From Guillardia theta CCMP2712 (taxonomy: Eukaryota > Protista > Cryptophyta), in NCBI RefSeq assembly GCF_000315625.1, contig NW_005434641.1, forward strand, positions 611,465 to 675,464: a DNA stretch of 64,000 nt, read 5' to 3'. Both the position numbers and the translations under genes were made by a program. Shown here piece after piece: positions 15,339 through 27,779 of the stretch. The notes under the pieces are model-generated. The model was not told the origin of the DNA, searched no databases, and saw nothing but the letters and a program-made list of their open reading frames with translations. Position 1 is the stretch's first letter, and the number at the start of each line of letters is the position of its first letter.

Positions 15339-17240
15339 ATGGAGAGCGGATGGCATGTAGGCATCGGCATTATGCCTGATGCTGCAGCAGCTAATCACAT
15401 TGCTTCTAACCACGCGCATAGGGCTTCTCGGTTTGGGGATGTTGGTGGCCAGTTGGATGGCGTCCAGGCATCTCTAAAACCTCCTCATCCAGTGAGCAGA
15501 TCAAAGATTCCTGAGCATGAGTTTCCGGCTGTTCCGGCGCAACTCAACACCCCTCATTCTGCAGCTATGGCATCGATGGCTTCAGTGGCTCATCAGCCGG
15601 GATATGATCTAGGTCCGTTCAAAGCTCCTCCCAACCCACATGGCATTCCATATTATTACCCCGGGGGCTTTGGCCATTTCGATGCAGCAGCGGCAGCAGC
15701 GCTCCCTTCGGAAAGCGCAATGCAGGGGGCAGGCCCGATGGGGTATCACATGCTGCCGAATGGCAAGCGACCGAGAGAGGCTATTGAAGGAATCAATGTA
15801 CCTGCTGGTGCCCACCAAGATGCTTTGATGGAACTTGCAAGAGAGAATTTGCTTCTGAAGCATCAGTTGCACGTTGCCTCGCTTGAGGTCAACAGGCTGA
15901 AGCAAGTGTGTGAGAACTACGAGCTTCTCCAGCAGGACAAGAAAGATGCGAATTGCAAGTCTCAGAGTCGATACTGGACAGACGAGGAGCATCAAAGATT
16001 TCTTGATGCTATTCAGAAATTTGGGTAATGATTGTTTGGCATCTGATTATGACGGCTGACGAAGGGAGTGCAGGCACAAAGACGTGAAGGCTATTTCGCA
16101 GGTTGTGGGCACAAGGAGCGCAACGCAGGTACCCTGCCTACTGGGAGATGGAAGGACCAAGCCTTATATTTGTAATCAGGTTCGGACTCACGCTCAAAAG
16201 TACTTCATGAGGCTTGCTCGCTCGAGCAAACAAGAATCGAACAGTCTGGACAACTCGAATCCTGACCAAGGTCTTGGCTCATTTTTCAGAGGGAAAAAGC
16301 TGACGGGGGACACACAGACCCGTCGGAGGTTACTGAAGATCAGGCGAACACATCTATGGAGGCGGCAGCGGCTGCTGCAGCTGCGGCTGGTTCGCAAAAT
16401 GATTGTGGTTGTTATGAAATTGACGATTTACATAGGTGAGGCAGGAACTTCTGCTGCTGCTGCCGCGGCTTTCGTTGCAGCAACAAACAGTAAACAGGTA
16501 AGAAGGGCATGATGCATGCTACTGGTGTGATGATTTGGTGCAGGGAAGTACGATTTCCAAGCAACGATCACAAAGCAAGGTGATATTTCACGATACTCCG
16601 TTAAATGCGTTGTTTGACTCTTATGAAACAGCCACATGTACAGATTGAGTTGGATGGGAATGAAGAAGTCAGTATTCCTAATCACATGCAAGTGGAAAGA
16701 CCATTCAAAGCCACTCGAAAGGTTTTGATACCAACTTCCTGCTTGCTCGAAGCTAACTGTTGGACAGGGTCCTGGTTCCCCTGGGTCCATGGACAGTAGG
16801 TAAAGACAAAATTTTTCCTCATAGACCCTCCGCTCACTCTTTCGTTGCAGTGGCTCTGTTGGGAGCTCTGATGGCACTTCCAACGGCAATGGGTCGCAGG
16901 GCAAGCAGTCGTCCGATACGACCAACGGGAACGGCTCGGCTAGATCGAGCAACAGCAACGGGCACAGCAACGTGGTGAGGCTTCTGCCATTGCTTTCACT
17001 TGTTCTGACCCTAGGAACGAACAGGGGAGCTCTTCCGACAGAGGGGACAGGTGTGCCCACATCTCGTGCAATCATGCGTACTCACGAACATGTGCAGCAA
17101 CAACGGGGCGTCGTCTAACGAGGGATCGGACCCAGGCTTCTTCGATCCTGTGAGGCAGAATGTGAGTGATGAGGCCTGTTATGACTTTTTGTTCTACCCA
17201 GGGGGCCGAAGACGAGGACAACTTTGCGGATGAGCTTGCA
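15339..17240 (+). CDS. SHAQKYF-class single-repeat MYB transcription factor; 3' end approximate
   Basis: YWTDEEHQRFLDAIQKFG|HKDVKAISQVVGTRSATQ|VRTHAQKYF across short introns, preceded by a leucine-rich coiled coil. Confidence 0.9.
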
Positions 17241-17617
17241 GGTGAAAGCAGCTCATTCTGTATGCTGGCTCCTGATGGTGTTTGACCAGATCAAGGACTT
17301 TGATATCAACAAAGTCTGCCCTCAACTTGACAAGCTGAATGGATCTTTGGATGTAAATGAGACTGCAAGAGGAGCAGACCTCGACGAAGTCTGCATTGTA
17401 CAAACTTGTTCTCAAGTATTGTTGTTTTGTAGAAATATAATGAAAGCATGTTTCGCCCACGAACACCTCGCAAGAGGCTCGTGGGGAACAACAGAAGTAA
17501 TAATACCACTGAACAAAACCTTCACTCTACAATCAGACTAGAAAGAGCTATGAGTGTAGCATGCATCGAAATCTGCATGAGCCGAGAAACGGGTTGAATC
17601 TGGGTGTGGGAAGGAGA

Positions 17618-18400
17618 TCAGGGGTCGCTATGTAGCTGTGCATCCTGTTCTATCTTCTTCACCGTCATCGTCTTGACGATCTTCTTCCGTCTCATTATCG
17701 GCGCTTCAGCTTGTGGAGGACCGGCTAGAGCGGTGGATCCTTCACCGTCGCTGCCTTCCCCCCCCTCGCCGCACTCCTTTTGCTTCCAAGTGGATCTGCA
17801 AATCTTACAGTTCCTCCAGTACACCTTGTGCAGGCAGATATGTCTCCCTCCGCACATCGCGCATGTCGACTTGAACGTGTTGTGCATGCAGATCGACGAC
17901 CCTCCGCACTCCTTGCACGTTATCCTCAGCCTCGAGTGCTCGCATATGGACGAGCCCCTGCATTCTCTGCATCTGCTCCTCCTCCTGTCGTGCTCACATA
18001 TCGAGGATCCTTTGCACTGCCTGCAGCTGGTCCTCTGTCTCTGATGCTCACAGATGGCCTTGCCCCCGCACAATTTGCACCTCCTCCTCTCGCGGTCGTG
18101 CTCGCAGTATGTGATGGAGCTCTTTGGTTTTATCAAATGACATTGTCTGCACCTGTACTTTTGTTTGCCGTGCTCGCAAATGTGTTGCTTCTTTGGCTTC
18201 TTCTCACTCTGTCCCAGAACCTTTCCCTCGCCTCCTGCTTGCCGACTCCTTCTCGGCTTTTTCTTTTCCTCTACCTGCTCTACCTCTCCCTCCTCTCCCG
18301 CTCCCTCCTCTCCCTTCCTCCTCCCCCTCTTTCTCTTCCCTTCTTCTGCATCTGTCTGACTCGAACCCTCCATGTTCTTCCATACCCCTTCATCCTTCAT
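17618..18400 (-). CDS. Intronless Cys/His tandem-repeat (putative zinc-binding) protein with basic NLS-like N-terminus
   Basis: Seven roughly 18-aa repeats C-x-H-x6-C-x2-C, e.g. ICEHQRQRTSCRQCKGSS, ICEHDRRRSRCRECRGSS. Confidence 0.8.
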   Translation of the reverse strand: MKDEGVWKNMEGSSQTDAEEGKRKRGRRKGEEGAGEEGEVEQVEEKKKPRRSRQAGGEGKVLGQSEKKPKKQHICEHGKQKYRCRQCHLIKPKSSITYCEHDRERRRCKLCGGKAICEHQRQRTSCRQCKGSSICEHDRRRSRCRECRGSSICEHSRLRITCKECGGSSICMHNTFKSTCAMCGGRHICLHKVYWRNCKICRSTWKQKECGEGGEGSDGEGSTALAGPPQAEAPIMRRKKIVKTMTVKKIEQDAQLHSDP

Positions 18401-18684
18401 CGCCGTCCCTCGTTCCGCCCTCTCACTTGTTCAACCATCGAGCGTCCTTCCTACCTTGGTCCGTTGTCGTTCCTGAAGGTGATGAATAAAACATTTTGTA
18501 ACGTTCTCAACGGTCGTCCGAAAATAGCTCCATGGCGCCATTCCAAATAGGAGGGTAGGAGGAGGGGCGATTGTAGTGGTTAACGAGGAGAGGAGAGAGG
18601 ACAAGGAGGGAAGAAGCTCAGAACGAGCTGAATATCTTGACCAACACACATCAGGGAGCAGAAGGCTTTGACTGGGGCTTGTTG

Positions 18685-21290
18685 ATGAATATGCACAACA
18701 ATTCAAGCACGAGCTCTGGTGAAGAACGGCAGGTCTATGACGATACTGCAAGCTGTATTGCCGTATCGTCTCAGCGTGAAGATGGTCATGAACACGATAT
18801 ACAGCTTTCTTCGACAGCTGCCAGCACACAATGGTTTTCTAGCATGCGATCACGAAGCGTCTGCGTGCTAGCAGTAGCCCTTGTTGCTCTTGTTCTCTCG
18901 TTCCACGTGTCCTCTAAGACTGACTCCCGTCCTTCTGCGCTCTCCTCTGTCATTCTCTTCCTGTCGCCCAAGATCGCTCGGGACCTTGAGTTGGCAAAGA
19001 GATCCTCGGAGTCCAACGAGGGGGTGAGGAGGAGGATCGATGACGAGGTGAGGAACAGCGAGGAATGGGGGAAGCGGAAGCTGAGGGACATGGTGGCGAG
19101 ACTGTTCAGGGCGATCACTGCCATGGACGAGAAAGTGAGTAGACAGCACGACTCGCTGAAGCAGGAGCTCGACACTGTGCGGGCACAAGGGTACACGAAG
19201 AAGGAGGTCCAAAACCTGATTCAAAGCACTCAGAAGGAGGTGGAAGGAAGGATCATGGACGCTTCGAAGGAGCTCAACACGGTTATATCAGGGGAGAACA
19301 ACATCAGGAACATCATCAACGGGCAGGAGAGCCTCGACGACAAGCAGCACTCGCACGTGCTGACGGAGGTTGAAAGGATGGAGGCCAAGGAGAAGCTCTT
19401 GGGAGAGGAGATGGCGGGCATCAAGGACCGGGAGAGGAAGTGGATGATCAAGAAGAGCGACGGAGCTGCGGAGCTTTCGGCAACCGAGGGATCAGCAGCA
19501 AGCAAAGAAATGCTGCTGATCCTTACAGGGCTCGGAGTACAGGAGAAGCTTGACGGCTGGTGCAATACGGGTAAGGAGGAGGAGGAGGAGGAGGAGGAGG
19601 AGGAGGATGCTGACAAGCACGCAGAGTCCAAGTGTGAGATCAAGACAGAAAAGGACGTGAAGCTGCTGGCCAGGTCTGACGGGAGTGGATGAGGCGTTTG
19701 ATCCCGCGGAGCGAAGGAGAGGGGGAAGGAAAGATGATGAGGAAGATTGGGAGGAGACGGAAGGGAAAGAGGACGAGGAGCCTGATACGTTGCTGCAGGT
19801 TCGCTGCTGGCAGTGACGACAGCACGTTCAAGTGGAGATGTTATGCTCCGTCAAGCCTCACGCCTGATCTGGTTAGAGGAGGAGGAGGAGGAGGAGGAGG
19901 AGGCTGACAGAGAAGGACAGGGCTCGTATTCTAAGGGCAAGGATTACTGCACCAAGGATAAGGAGCTGCAGGCACAAATGGAGCAGGTGAAGCCACAAGA
20001 AAGGAAGAGGATGGGGAGAGTGGAGGGGGAAGGGGACGCAGAGGAAGAGGAGGTAGCGAGGAGGATGAAAGAGGTGTAACCTGTTTGTGTTGACTCCGCT
20101 AGGCTCTCAAAGCTGTCAGCGCGAGGGATGTGCAGGAGCAAAACCTTCCTGCGGTAGGGCCTGCGAGGTTGGTCGTTGGGATGGTTGATGAGGATGCAGG
20201 TGGTCGACCGTCTGCAGAAGAAATCTTCGATGCTGGAGCAGAAGCAGGTGAGGGGGAGCGGGGGATGAGGAGAGGGAAGGAGATAGTGGAGAAGAGGGCC
20301 AGAACGAGGTGGGGCAAGGAGCGCAAGGGGATGAGGAGTGGAAGAGATGGGAGTGGAGAATGGAAAGCAGGCATCTCCTAATCATGTTGGTGGTAGAAAT
20401 CTTTCGCCGGGAAGCTGAAGATCGTAGGGGAGGATCTGAACTTCTTCGAGACCAAGTCCTCCAAGCTCAAGGAGGAGGAGAAACAATCGACGACGAGCCT
20501 GGTCAGACCTTGATGCTGCTGCTCCCAACCCTGAAAGTCCTTCCAGGACCTCAACAATCATGCCATCGCCACCATCGACAGGAGCGTGGAGGCGCTCAGA
20601 GGCAAACTTGCTCAGGTTTGCCTTTCTCCCCTCTCCCTCTCCTCCTCTGCCTTCCTTCCTCCTCTCCTCGTCCTGCCTTCTCTCTCCTGCTACTTTCCTC
20701 CTCTTCCCAAGTGTTTGGCTCTGAGACTGAGGAGATTGTTTGTTCTGGTAGCTCCAAGCCCAGCTGAAGTCAACAAGCAGCAATCTCAAAGAGGAAGAAA
20801 AGAACAACAAGAAGGTGAGAAGACAGCAATGGCTACTGACACGTCGACAACTCTTTACGTTGCAATGCAGCAAACGATCAGCCTCTTGTCCTCACGGGTC
20901 AAGAAAGTTTTCAACTCAGCAGAGGTGAGTGGGACGTATAAACGAGTGAAGGCAGAGAAGGAAATGTCTTACTGCCGACAATGCTCGGAAACAACCTTGT
21001 GTGGGCAAGGAGAGGAGGGTCAGGATACGAAGATAAGAGGAGGAGGGTAGTGAGCCAACATAGCTGGACATGGAGGCTGTAGCAGGAAGAGGAGCTTGTT
21101 CATGCTTGACTTAAACATCGCAGAAGGACCTCTCGCGCGTTCGGCTCAGCGTCGACCAACTCCAGCAGCATCTGGTCAGCTGTAACTGTCCTGCTCTGCT
21201 CCAGCTGATGTTCAGCTAGCTCAACTCAACTCAATCGCTGGAGCGCAAGATCGACAAGATACAGCAAGGAGGCAAACCAAGCGAGGTGAA
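18685..21290 (+). CDS. Hypothetical membrane-anchored coiled-coil protein, multi-exon; boundaries approximate
   Basis: Hydrophobic segment VCVLAVALVALVLSF followed by long heptad-rich helices in ORF 18637-19692; further exons separated by GA-rich introns. Confidence 0.45.
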
Positions 21291-22784
21291 CCGACACCGT
21301 CAAATACGACACCCTAAACCCTCTATCCTCCTCCCTTCCTCCCTCCCTTCCTCGTCTGTTTCTCTCTCCTCTCTTCCTCCCTCCCTCCCTCGTCTGTTTC
21401 TCTTTCCTCCCTCTTTCTGCATCAGATTCCTGATGAACCAAGCTGCTGCTCCTCGTCACTCCTCACTTGCCTGGCAGATCCTCTTGAAGCTGTTCCCGCA
21501 CGGAGCAGGAAAGTTCTCCGTCTCCGGCATGCAGGTGCTTGCTGCTGCCTCTCCCCCTATACCCTCAAACGTCCAGCAGGTGGAGGAAGCGACTTCGTTG
21601 AAGGACACGGCCGCTGCTCCTCCTCCCTCTCAACCTGATCATCAGCCTCATCCACCTGCCACAGCTCGAGCAGCGTCTGCTGCTGCTGCTGCTGTTCATC
21701 CTTCCTCTCCCCGTCGAGCGTCATACAATGGAAGCAAGCGCGATGCTGAGAAGCCTCACTCGGTAGGAGCACTCACGACTGTACCTCCCTGCCCTCCCCC
21801 ATGCCCCGTTCTTGCTCCTTCTGCTACCCCCTCCTCGATCTGCTCCCTCCTTCTCCTCCCTCTCTTCTGCTACCCCTTCCTCTCTCTTCTCCTGTCTATC
21901 CTTGTTTCTCATAAGCTCTCAGGTTGTGCAGCATGCTGCTGTCAAGCAGGAGCCCAAGGCTTCAACTTACCACCGTCCCAAGGTAAGCAGTCTTGCGTGA
22001 AGGACGGAGGGAAGGAGAGCGAGGGGGGGCGGAAGGGAGGGGAGGGCAAGAAGGGTTGGAAGGAGCAGGAATGGAGCTAACGTTTGTTCAGGGCTGTCTT
22101 ATTCATCTCTCCGGGGTTGTCCATGGACTGGAGGCTGGGAATAGTATCGAGTGTTGAAGAAGAGCTGAAGGAAAACAATGAGGAGCAGGAGGAGCAGGAG
22201 GTGTAGGAGGAGGTGCGAAGGTTTCTATTGAATGAAGATTAAACTGTCGGAAGCAAACTTGATCGGACAGCCTGGCAGCCTCGTCGTCACCTTGTCGGAA
22301 CCCCGTGAGGTGACGGGCGGCCCAAGTCAGTCACTTCGAGTCCGTGGGTCCGATCAGCCTGATCCGACGACTCAGTGACTCAGTCCGGGCCCGGGGCCCG
22401 GGGGCTACTCAGTGTGAGCAAATGGCCGGGGGGAGGCCCGCTGGTCTATTTCGGGGTTCCAGGGCAATGGAGAGGGTCAGACCGCACAGGTGAGACCATG
22501 AGAGACTCGGGCGACAGGAGAAGGAGGAGGAGGAGGAGGAGGAGGCAGACTGGGAGGAGCAGCATCATGAAACGTAGGAGCCTCAGGAGCAGGAGTAGAA
22601 GGGGGGAGCGAGAGGAGGAGGAGGAGGAGGGGAAGGAGAAGGAGAGGGAGAAGGGGAGGGAGAAGGGGAGAGCGAGAGGAAGAGGAGGAGGAGGAGGAGG
22701 AGGAGGAGGAGGACGAGGAAATTGTGATAGTAGAGCAGGAGGGGAGGAGGAGGAGAAATGCGTTGAGAATTAGGATCAACAAGC

Positions 22785-22984
22785 AGCAGGTACAGTGGAG
22801 GGTCTTCAATGTTTCATCAGCTAGAGCAGGTACAGTGGAGGGTCTTCAATGTTTCATCAGCTAGAGCAGGTACAGTGGAGGGTCTTCAATGTTTCATCAG
22901 CTAGAGCAGGTACAGTGGAGGGTCTTCAATGTTTCATCAGCTAGAGCAGGTACAGTGGAGGGTCTTCAATGTTTCATCAGCTAG
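22785..22984. repeat. Perfect 40-bp tandem repeat x5 (AGCAGGTACAGTGGAGGGTCTTCAATGTTTCATCAGCTAG)
   Basis: Five identical contiguous copies, no spacers. Confidence 0.95.
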
Positions 22985-23099
22985 TCGCGTTGCGGGCTCG
23001 CGGGCTCACAGTGAATTCAAAGCAATAGAGATAGATTGTATTGTAATTCTGCGACAACCCACACCTTCCCACTTGAACATCGGCCAGTGCCAGCAGAGA

Positions 23100-23951
23100 G
23101 AAAGAAGAGGATGAGAATATGAGGACAAGAGAAGACGAGGAGCAAATGAAATGGTCCTTTCCAACAGGCCGAGCGATGTCGATCGCAACGAGCAACTCAG
23201 GAGATTTGTTGTCGGAGCTTTGGGTTTGCTAGGGTTGATTGCTGTCGTTATGCGCGTCTCACATCAGCAGCATCCACAGGTATCGTAAACTTCTATCTTC
23301 TACCTTCTACCTTCTATCTTTCATCTTCTATCTTTCATCTTCTATCTTCTACTTTCTACCTCTCGTCTCTCATTCCCATCTCTTCCTTCCCTCAGGCGCT
23401 TCAAGCTCGTGCTGCCTCTTTTCAGCAGTGGCCCAGCAGCAACATCCCGAATATCCCGAACTCCCAGCAGCTGCTGTCGGCCTACCAGTCAGCTGCGATG
23501 CCTCAAGTGAGGAACGTGCCCCTCCAAGTGGCTCCCAAGTATCCGGCGCTCGCCGAGGCCACAGCGAGCAGCGCGGGAGGGCAGCAGCAGATCGAAGTCA
23601 CCTCCTCAGGGCATCGGCACCCGACCATAGAAGATGTTCAGAAAGTCGAGGTGAGCTTGGGAGGGCAAGCGAGGGGAGGGGTGGGGGCGGTGACAGGAGG
23701 GGGCCGGGAGGTGTTGGGAGGGAAGGGCAAGGGATACGAGAGGTGGGGGAAGGCGATGGGAGGACAGAAGGGCCAAGGGCAGGAGGGGAGGGGAACAAAG
23801 TGCGGCAGAGGTTGGGCGAGTGAGCCAGTTCTGATGGCATGGGTGCAAGTTTGAGCGCAGGCAGACGATGGACTTCTGTCAGAGCAAGTTCAGCTCCTGG
23901 GTGAATATCCAGAAATGCATCGAGAATCTGCTCAAGAACGCGCGCTACTAG
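23100..23951 (+). CDS. Small hypothetical protein with one TM segment, multi-exon
   Basis: RRFVVGALGLLGLIAVVM, then intron, then ALQARAASFQQW...IEDVQKVE, then intron, then TMDFCQSKFSSWVNIQKCIENLLKNARY*. Confidence 0.4.
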
Positions 23952-23999
23952 ATTGTCTTTTTATGTATTGATTACAAATTTACTTGCTCCCCTTTCAAT

Positions 24000-26900
24000 G
24001 ACCTCTGGACTGATTCCCCATGTACTTGCCGCTGAAGTTGTAGCTGTAAGATTGAGAGCTGGGGAGGAAGCATTGCTCACCGAGTCTCGGAGCACTTGAA
24101 CATCTCCCATCCTCCGACGCTGTCGCCCTTGTAGTGGAGCTCCCTGTCACCGAGATCAGCAAGACGAGAGCGGAAGATGCTGGGTTACCAGTCGTGAAAC
24201 TCCTTGAGCTCGATCTTGTGCGAGATCGAGAAGATCCCCAGATTCATCTGAGTGCAGCGATCGTAGATCTCCTGCTCGACATCTGCTGGGGAGGTGAGCT
24301 GCTGGAGGTGGAAAGGACACGTGCCTGGAGATATTCCGTTGGTGCATTCGTCGAGGACGACGAAGGAGGGCCGATGGTAGAACAACCTTGCGAAAGCTGT
24401 AGGAGAGCAAAGACGTGAGGGATTAGAGGTGAGGGACACCCAGACAAGGAAGAGATCTAGTGGAGGAGGAGGAGGAGGAGGAGGAGGAGGAGGAGGAGGA
24501 GGAGGAGTNNNNNNNNNNNNNNNNNNNNNNNNNNNNNNNNNNNNNNNNNNNNNNNNNNNNNNNNNNNNNNNNNNNNNNNNNNNNNNNNNNNNNNNNNNNN
24601 NNNNNNNNNNNNNNNNNNNNNNNNNNNNNNNNNNNNNNNNNNNNNNNNNNNNNNNNNNNNNNNTCCCAAAGCAATGAAGCTGTCATGGCGCACCAGTACA
24701 ATCAGAAAGTCCCGGCAGCGTTTGCCTTGCTGCTCCACCCCATCCCACCTGAATCGACGTCGACATGGCCTCCATGTTTTTCCATGTGCTTGAGAAGTAC
24801 TGAAAGGTGACAGTCAAGCGCGCAAAGGAAGGAGAGTCAGGGCAAGAGGAGACCAGCAACAGGAAAGAGTGGGAGGGGAAGAGTGGGAGGGGGGAGGAGA
24901 AAGAAGGAGGGGAGGAGAGGGGGGAGGGGGGAAGAGTGGGAGAAAGGGGGCGAGAGGGGCAAGGAGTTGGGGATGGGGGCAGGGCGAAACGTTCAACTGC
25001 TTGCCTGTGCTATCATGTCTGGCGTATACTTGTCGATTCCATTCAGACCTAGTCTCACCTGTTGCATCAAGATGCGTAAAAGACTCTCAAGCTGCCCTCC
25101 CCTGCCTTGCTCACCGGTCTGCTGACCAGAAACAAACCGATGACAGTGACGAAGTATTTGTTGAGGTACTGCCGGTGAGAGTTTAGAGGGGAGTTGAGGG
25201 GATGACGGTGTAAGTTGTTTTCTGTGATAGCAGCATCTGAGTTTGCTCTGACCTGCCGCAAGATCTCCGAGTTGAAGTTCATCGCAGTTGTTTTCGAAAG
25301 ATGTCTCAACACTCGAGCAAACCTGTTGGGTGCTCTCAGACCTCCGTCATCGCTTCCCCTCCTCCCTCACGATTCGTTGAGCCTGTCCTTCTCGGGTACT
25401 TCTCCTCCCAGAAACGCAACCTGCCGTTGTGCTTAGGATCGAGCCGAGACTTGAAGCCAACCTGCTCGCAATTTGTGATGAGCTCGCTATGGACGCCTCT
25501 GAGGTTGAAATCAGATTGAAATCAGATTGAAATCAGATTGAAATCAGATTGAAATCAGATTGAAATCAGATTGAAATCAGAGTAGAATGGAATGAAAGTC
25601 GTCGCACGGACCGGAACATTCCCTCCAGTCTCTGCTCTTGTGCTGCGAGCTCGCCGTAGGGAGGCTGCCAAGTCTTGAGTTGCCTCGTCGCTGGTGGCCA
25701 AGTGAAACTCACGAGAGAGACGGTGGAGATGCAGGAGGCGATGGCGAACCAGCCGTAGAGGGTGAGAGGAGTGGTTAGTCCCTGAACTCGACTGGCAGGA
25801 GAGCTCATGAGTCGCTACCAAAAGGAAGACACAAGGAAGAGGAGGGGGAGGAGGAGAGGGGGAGGGAGTGAAAGAGGTCAAGAAAGAGAGGAGAGGTGGA
25901 GGGGAATAGAATTGACCTCAAGTCAACACTGTAGACGATGAAGTCGACAATCGGCTTGAGAGATTGCGACAACACCTGAAACCGGATGTGAGTTGGGTTA
26001 TGGTGTGAAACAAGCATGCGCATCCGTATCAGTAATGGTATGAGTATCAGAGAGGGTCAAAAATTGAAAGATCAGCAAGGAAAAACCTGAGAAAACATCT
26101 CTGAGAACTTGTCGACGTCTGATGTAATCTAGTATTGCAGCAGTGTCATAGAATCATCTGAAAGTAGCGCCGATCTTACCTGATGGTCGCAATGCTCAAT
26201 CTTATCATCTCCAACCTTGTTTGCTTTGTAGAAGATCATATCATTCTGCATCATCGTCATCGTCATCCTCATTATCATCATCTCATCGAATATCTTTCAC
26301 TGTCCTGTCCCTCACCTTCCTCATGTACTTGTCGTGACACCATAAAGTAATTTTCTCGCGCACCTGACAGCAGAGATGACTAGAAGTCAACAGAACAAGA
26401 CCTCAAAACCTCCTCACGCAGCTTGGCGATGTAATATTTCAACAGAGCGTTCAAGATCTGTTCGCATGAGCTCAAAACCAAAACAAGACACCAGCAAGGT
26501 CACCGATAGGAAGACAGATGTTCCCGCAAACTGAACGACCAAACGCTGATGTCGCGTCAGACTCAGCGCGGATTCATGTCATTGTGAGACACCTGCATAT
26601 CTCGAAAGTTCCTCGTGACCTGTCACATCGTTCAGCATCTTCTCGCTCTCATCCTCCTTCTCTCACCAGCATTTTGACCATCTTTCCCCAGTGCCGAGCG
26701 ACCCAGACCTGATGCGGTTCAACTCAGCAGAAAGACAGAACATGACATGCGCGAGACTCACGGATCCCATAGTTCGCAAAAGAAGACTGGTGCAGAGCAT
26801 AATCACTGGTAGAGGTTACAAAGATGTCTGACATGACGCTGGCTGCTACCTGTCCCGACCTCCCGCTTGCTGCAGGCCTGCCATTCTCACTCAACATGTC

Positions 26901-27174
26901 TCAGGCCTTGTAAACATGTTCGACCTTCTTGAAGATCCTCATCAACGTGCGATGCAGCCCTGGCTCTGTACAACCCATTAAAATGCAGGTTTAGCCGAGG
27001 CTGAAGAAGCACCGACGACGATGTTCTTCCGTATTCGCTTCCTGGCCTTGTACTCCTACAACATGTGAGAAGGAGATTAGATATCGCAAGTTTGTCACCT
27101 GCACAATCTCGTTGAACTTGAAGACGAAAAGAAGAAACCCGAGGGAACAGCCGAACCCCAACGCCGCTGCTCAT
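24000..27174 (-). CDS. Peroxisomal ABC transporter, subfamily D, multi-exon, interrupted by an assembly gap (24509-24663)
   Basis: FARLFYHRPSFVVLDECTNGISP..DVEQEIY..SISHK (Walker B, D-loop, H-switch); TM-domain pieces DHQITSDVDKFS, LKPIVDFIVYS, PPYGELAAQEQRLEGMFR (EAA motif region). Confidence 0.85.
25505..25580. repeat. 11-bp intronic minisatellite (TTGAAATCAGA), about 7 copies
   Basis: Directly visible. Confidence 0.9.
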
Positions 27175-27779
27175 GCAACTCAATGGCGTGACCTCAAGAA
27201 CCTTGGAGGGGATGGAGGAGGTGTACAAGGAGAGGCGAAGGTATTCAGATGTGGAATGCTCAAGGTAAGGAAGCGGAGATGAGAAGCAGAGGAGCGGTAT
27301 TGGATGTGATGGTATGTATGAGGATGGCAACATTGAGGGAGAGATGAGGGGACAACTGGAGGAGAGGGCATGGCAAGTGAGGGGAGAAGAGGGAGGGAGG
27401 GGAGCAGAAGGGAGGGGAGATGTTCAAAGTAGTAGTAGAGAGAGGAGGAGGCAGGAGGCAGGAGGAGGCAGGAGCAAGTTTGTTGGATATCTCACTGACC
27501 ATCGCGAGTTTTCTTGCCCAGCATTGCGCCTCAATCTTTAGTTAGACCCTCTGCTAATCACCCGTACTATTCACAAATTTTGGTACCGGTGGTCCTTGCT
27601 CGGCAATGCTTGACTACCCTATCACCCCCTTAATACATGTGAATTGAACCGGTCATGGCCCTTGCAAGATTTTCAAAAAGATGATGCCGCGAAAACTGGT
27701 AGACCGAACAAAAAACTCTTCCGTTACTGGACGTTACAAATATTTCTCAAGTCCCCTTTCCTCACCCTGCATAACTGGG

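Noticed and set aside
22785-22984. CRISPR-like array
   Set aside because: Repeats are contiguous with no unique spacers, there are no cas genes and the context is eukaryotic.
24509-24663. N-runs here and at 34022-34121, and the apparently missing Walker A of the ABCD gene
   Set aside because: Assembly gaps beside microsatellites; the missing exons probably lie in the gap.
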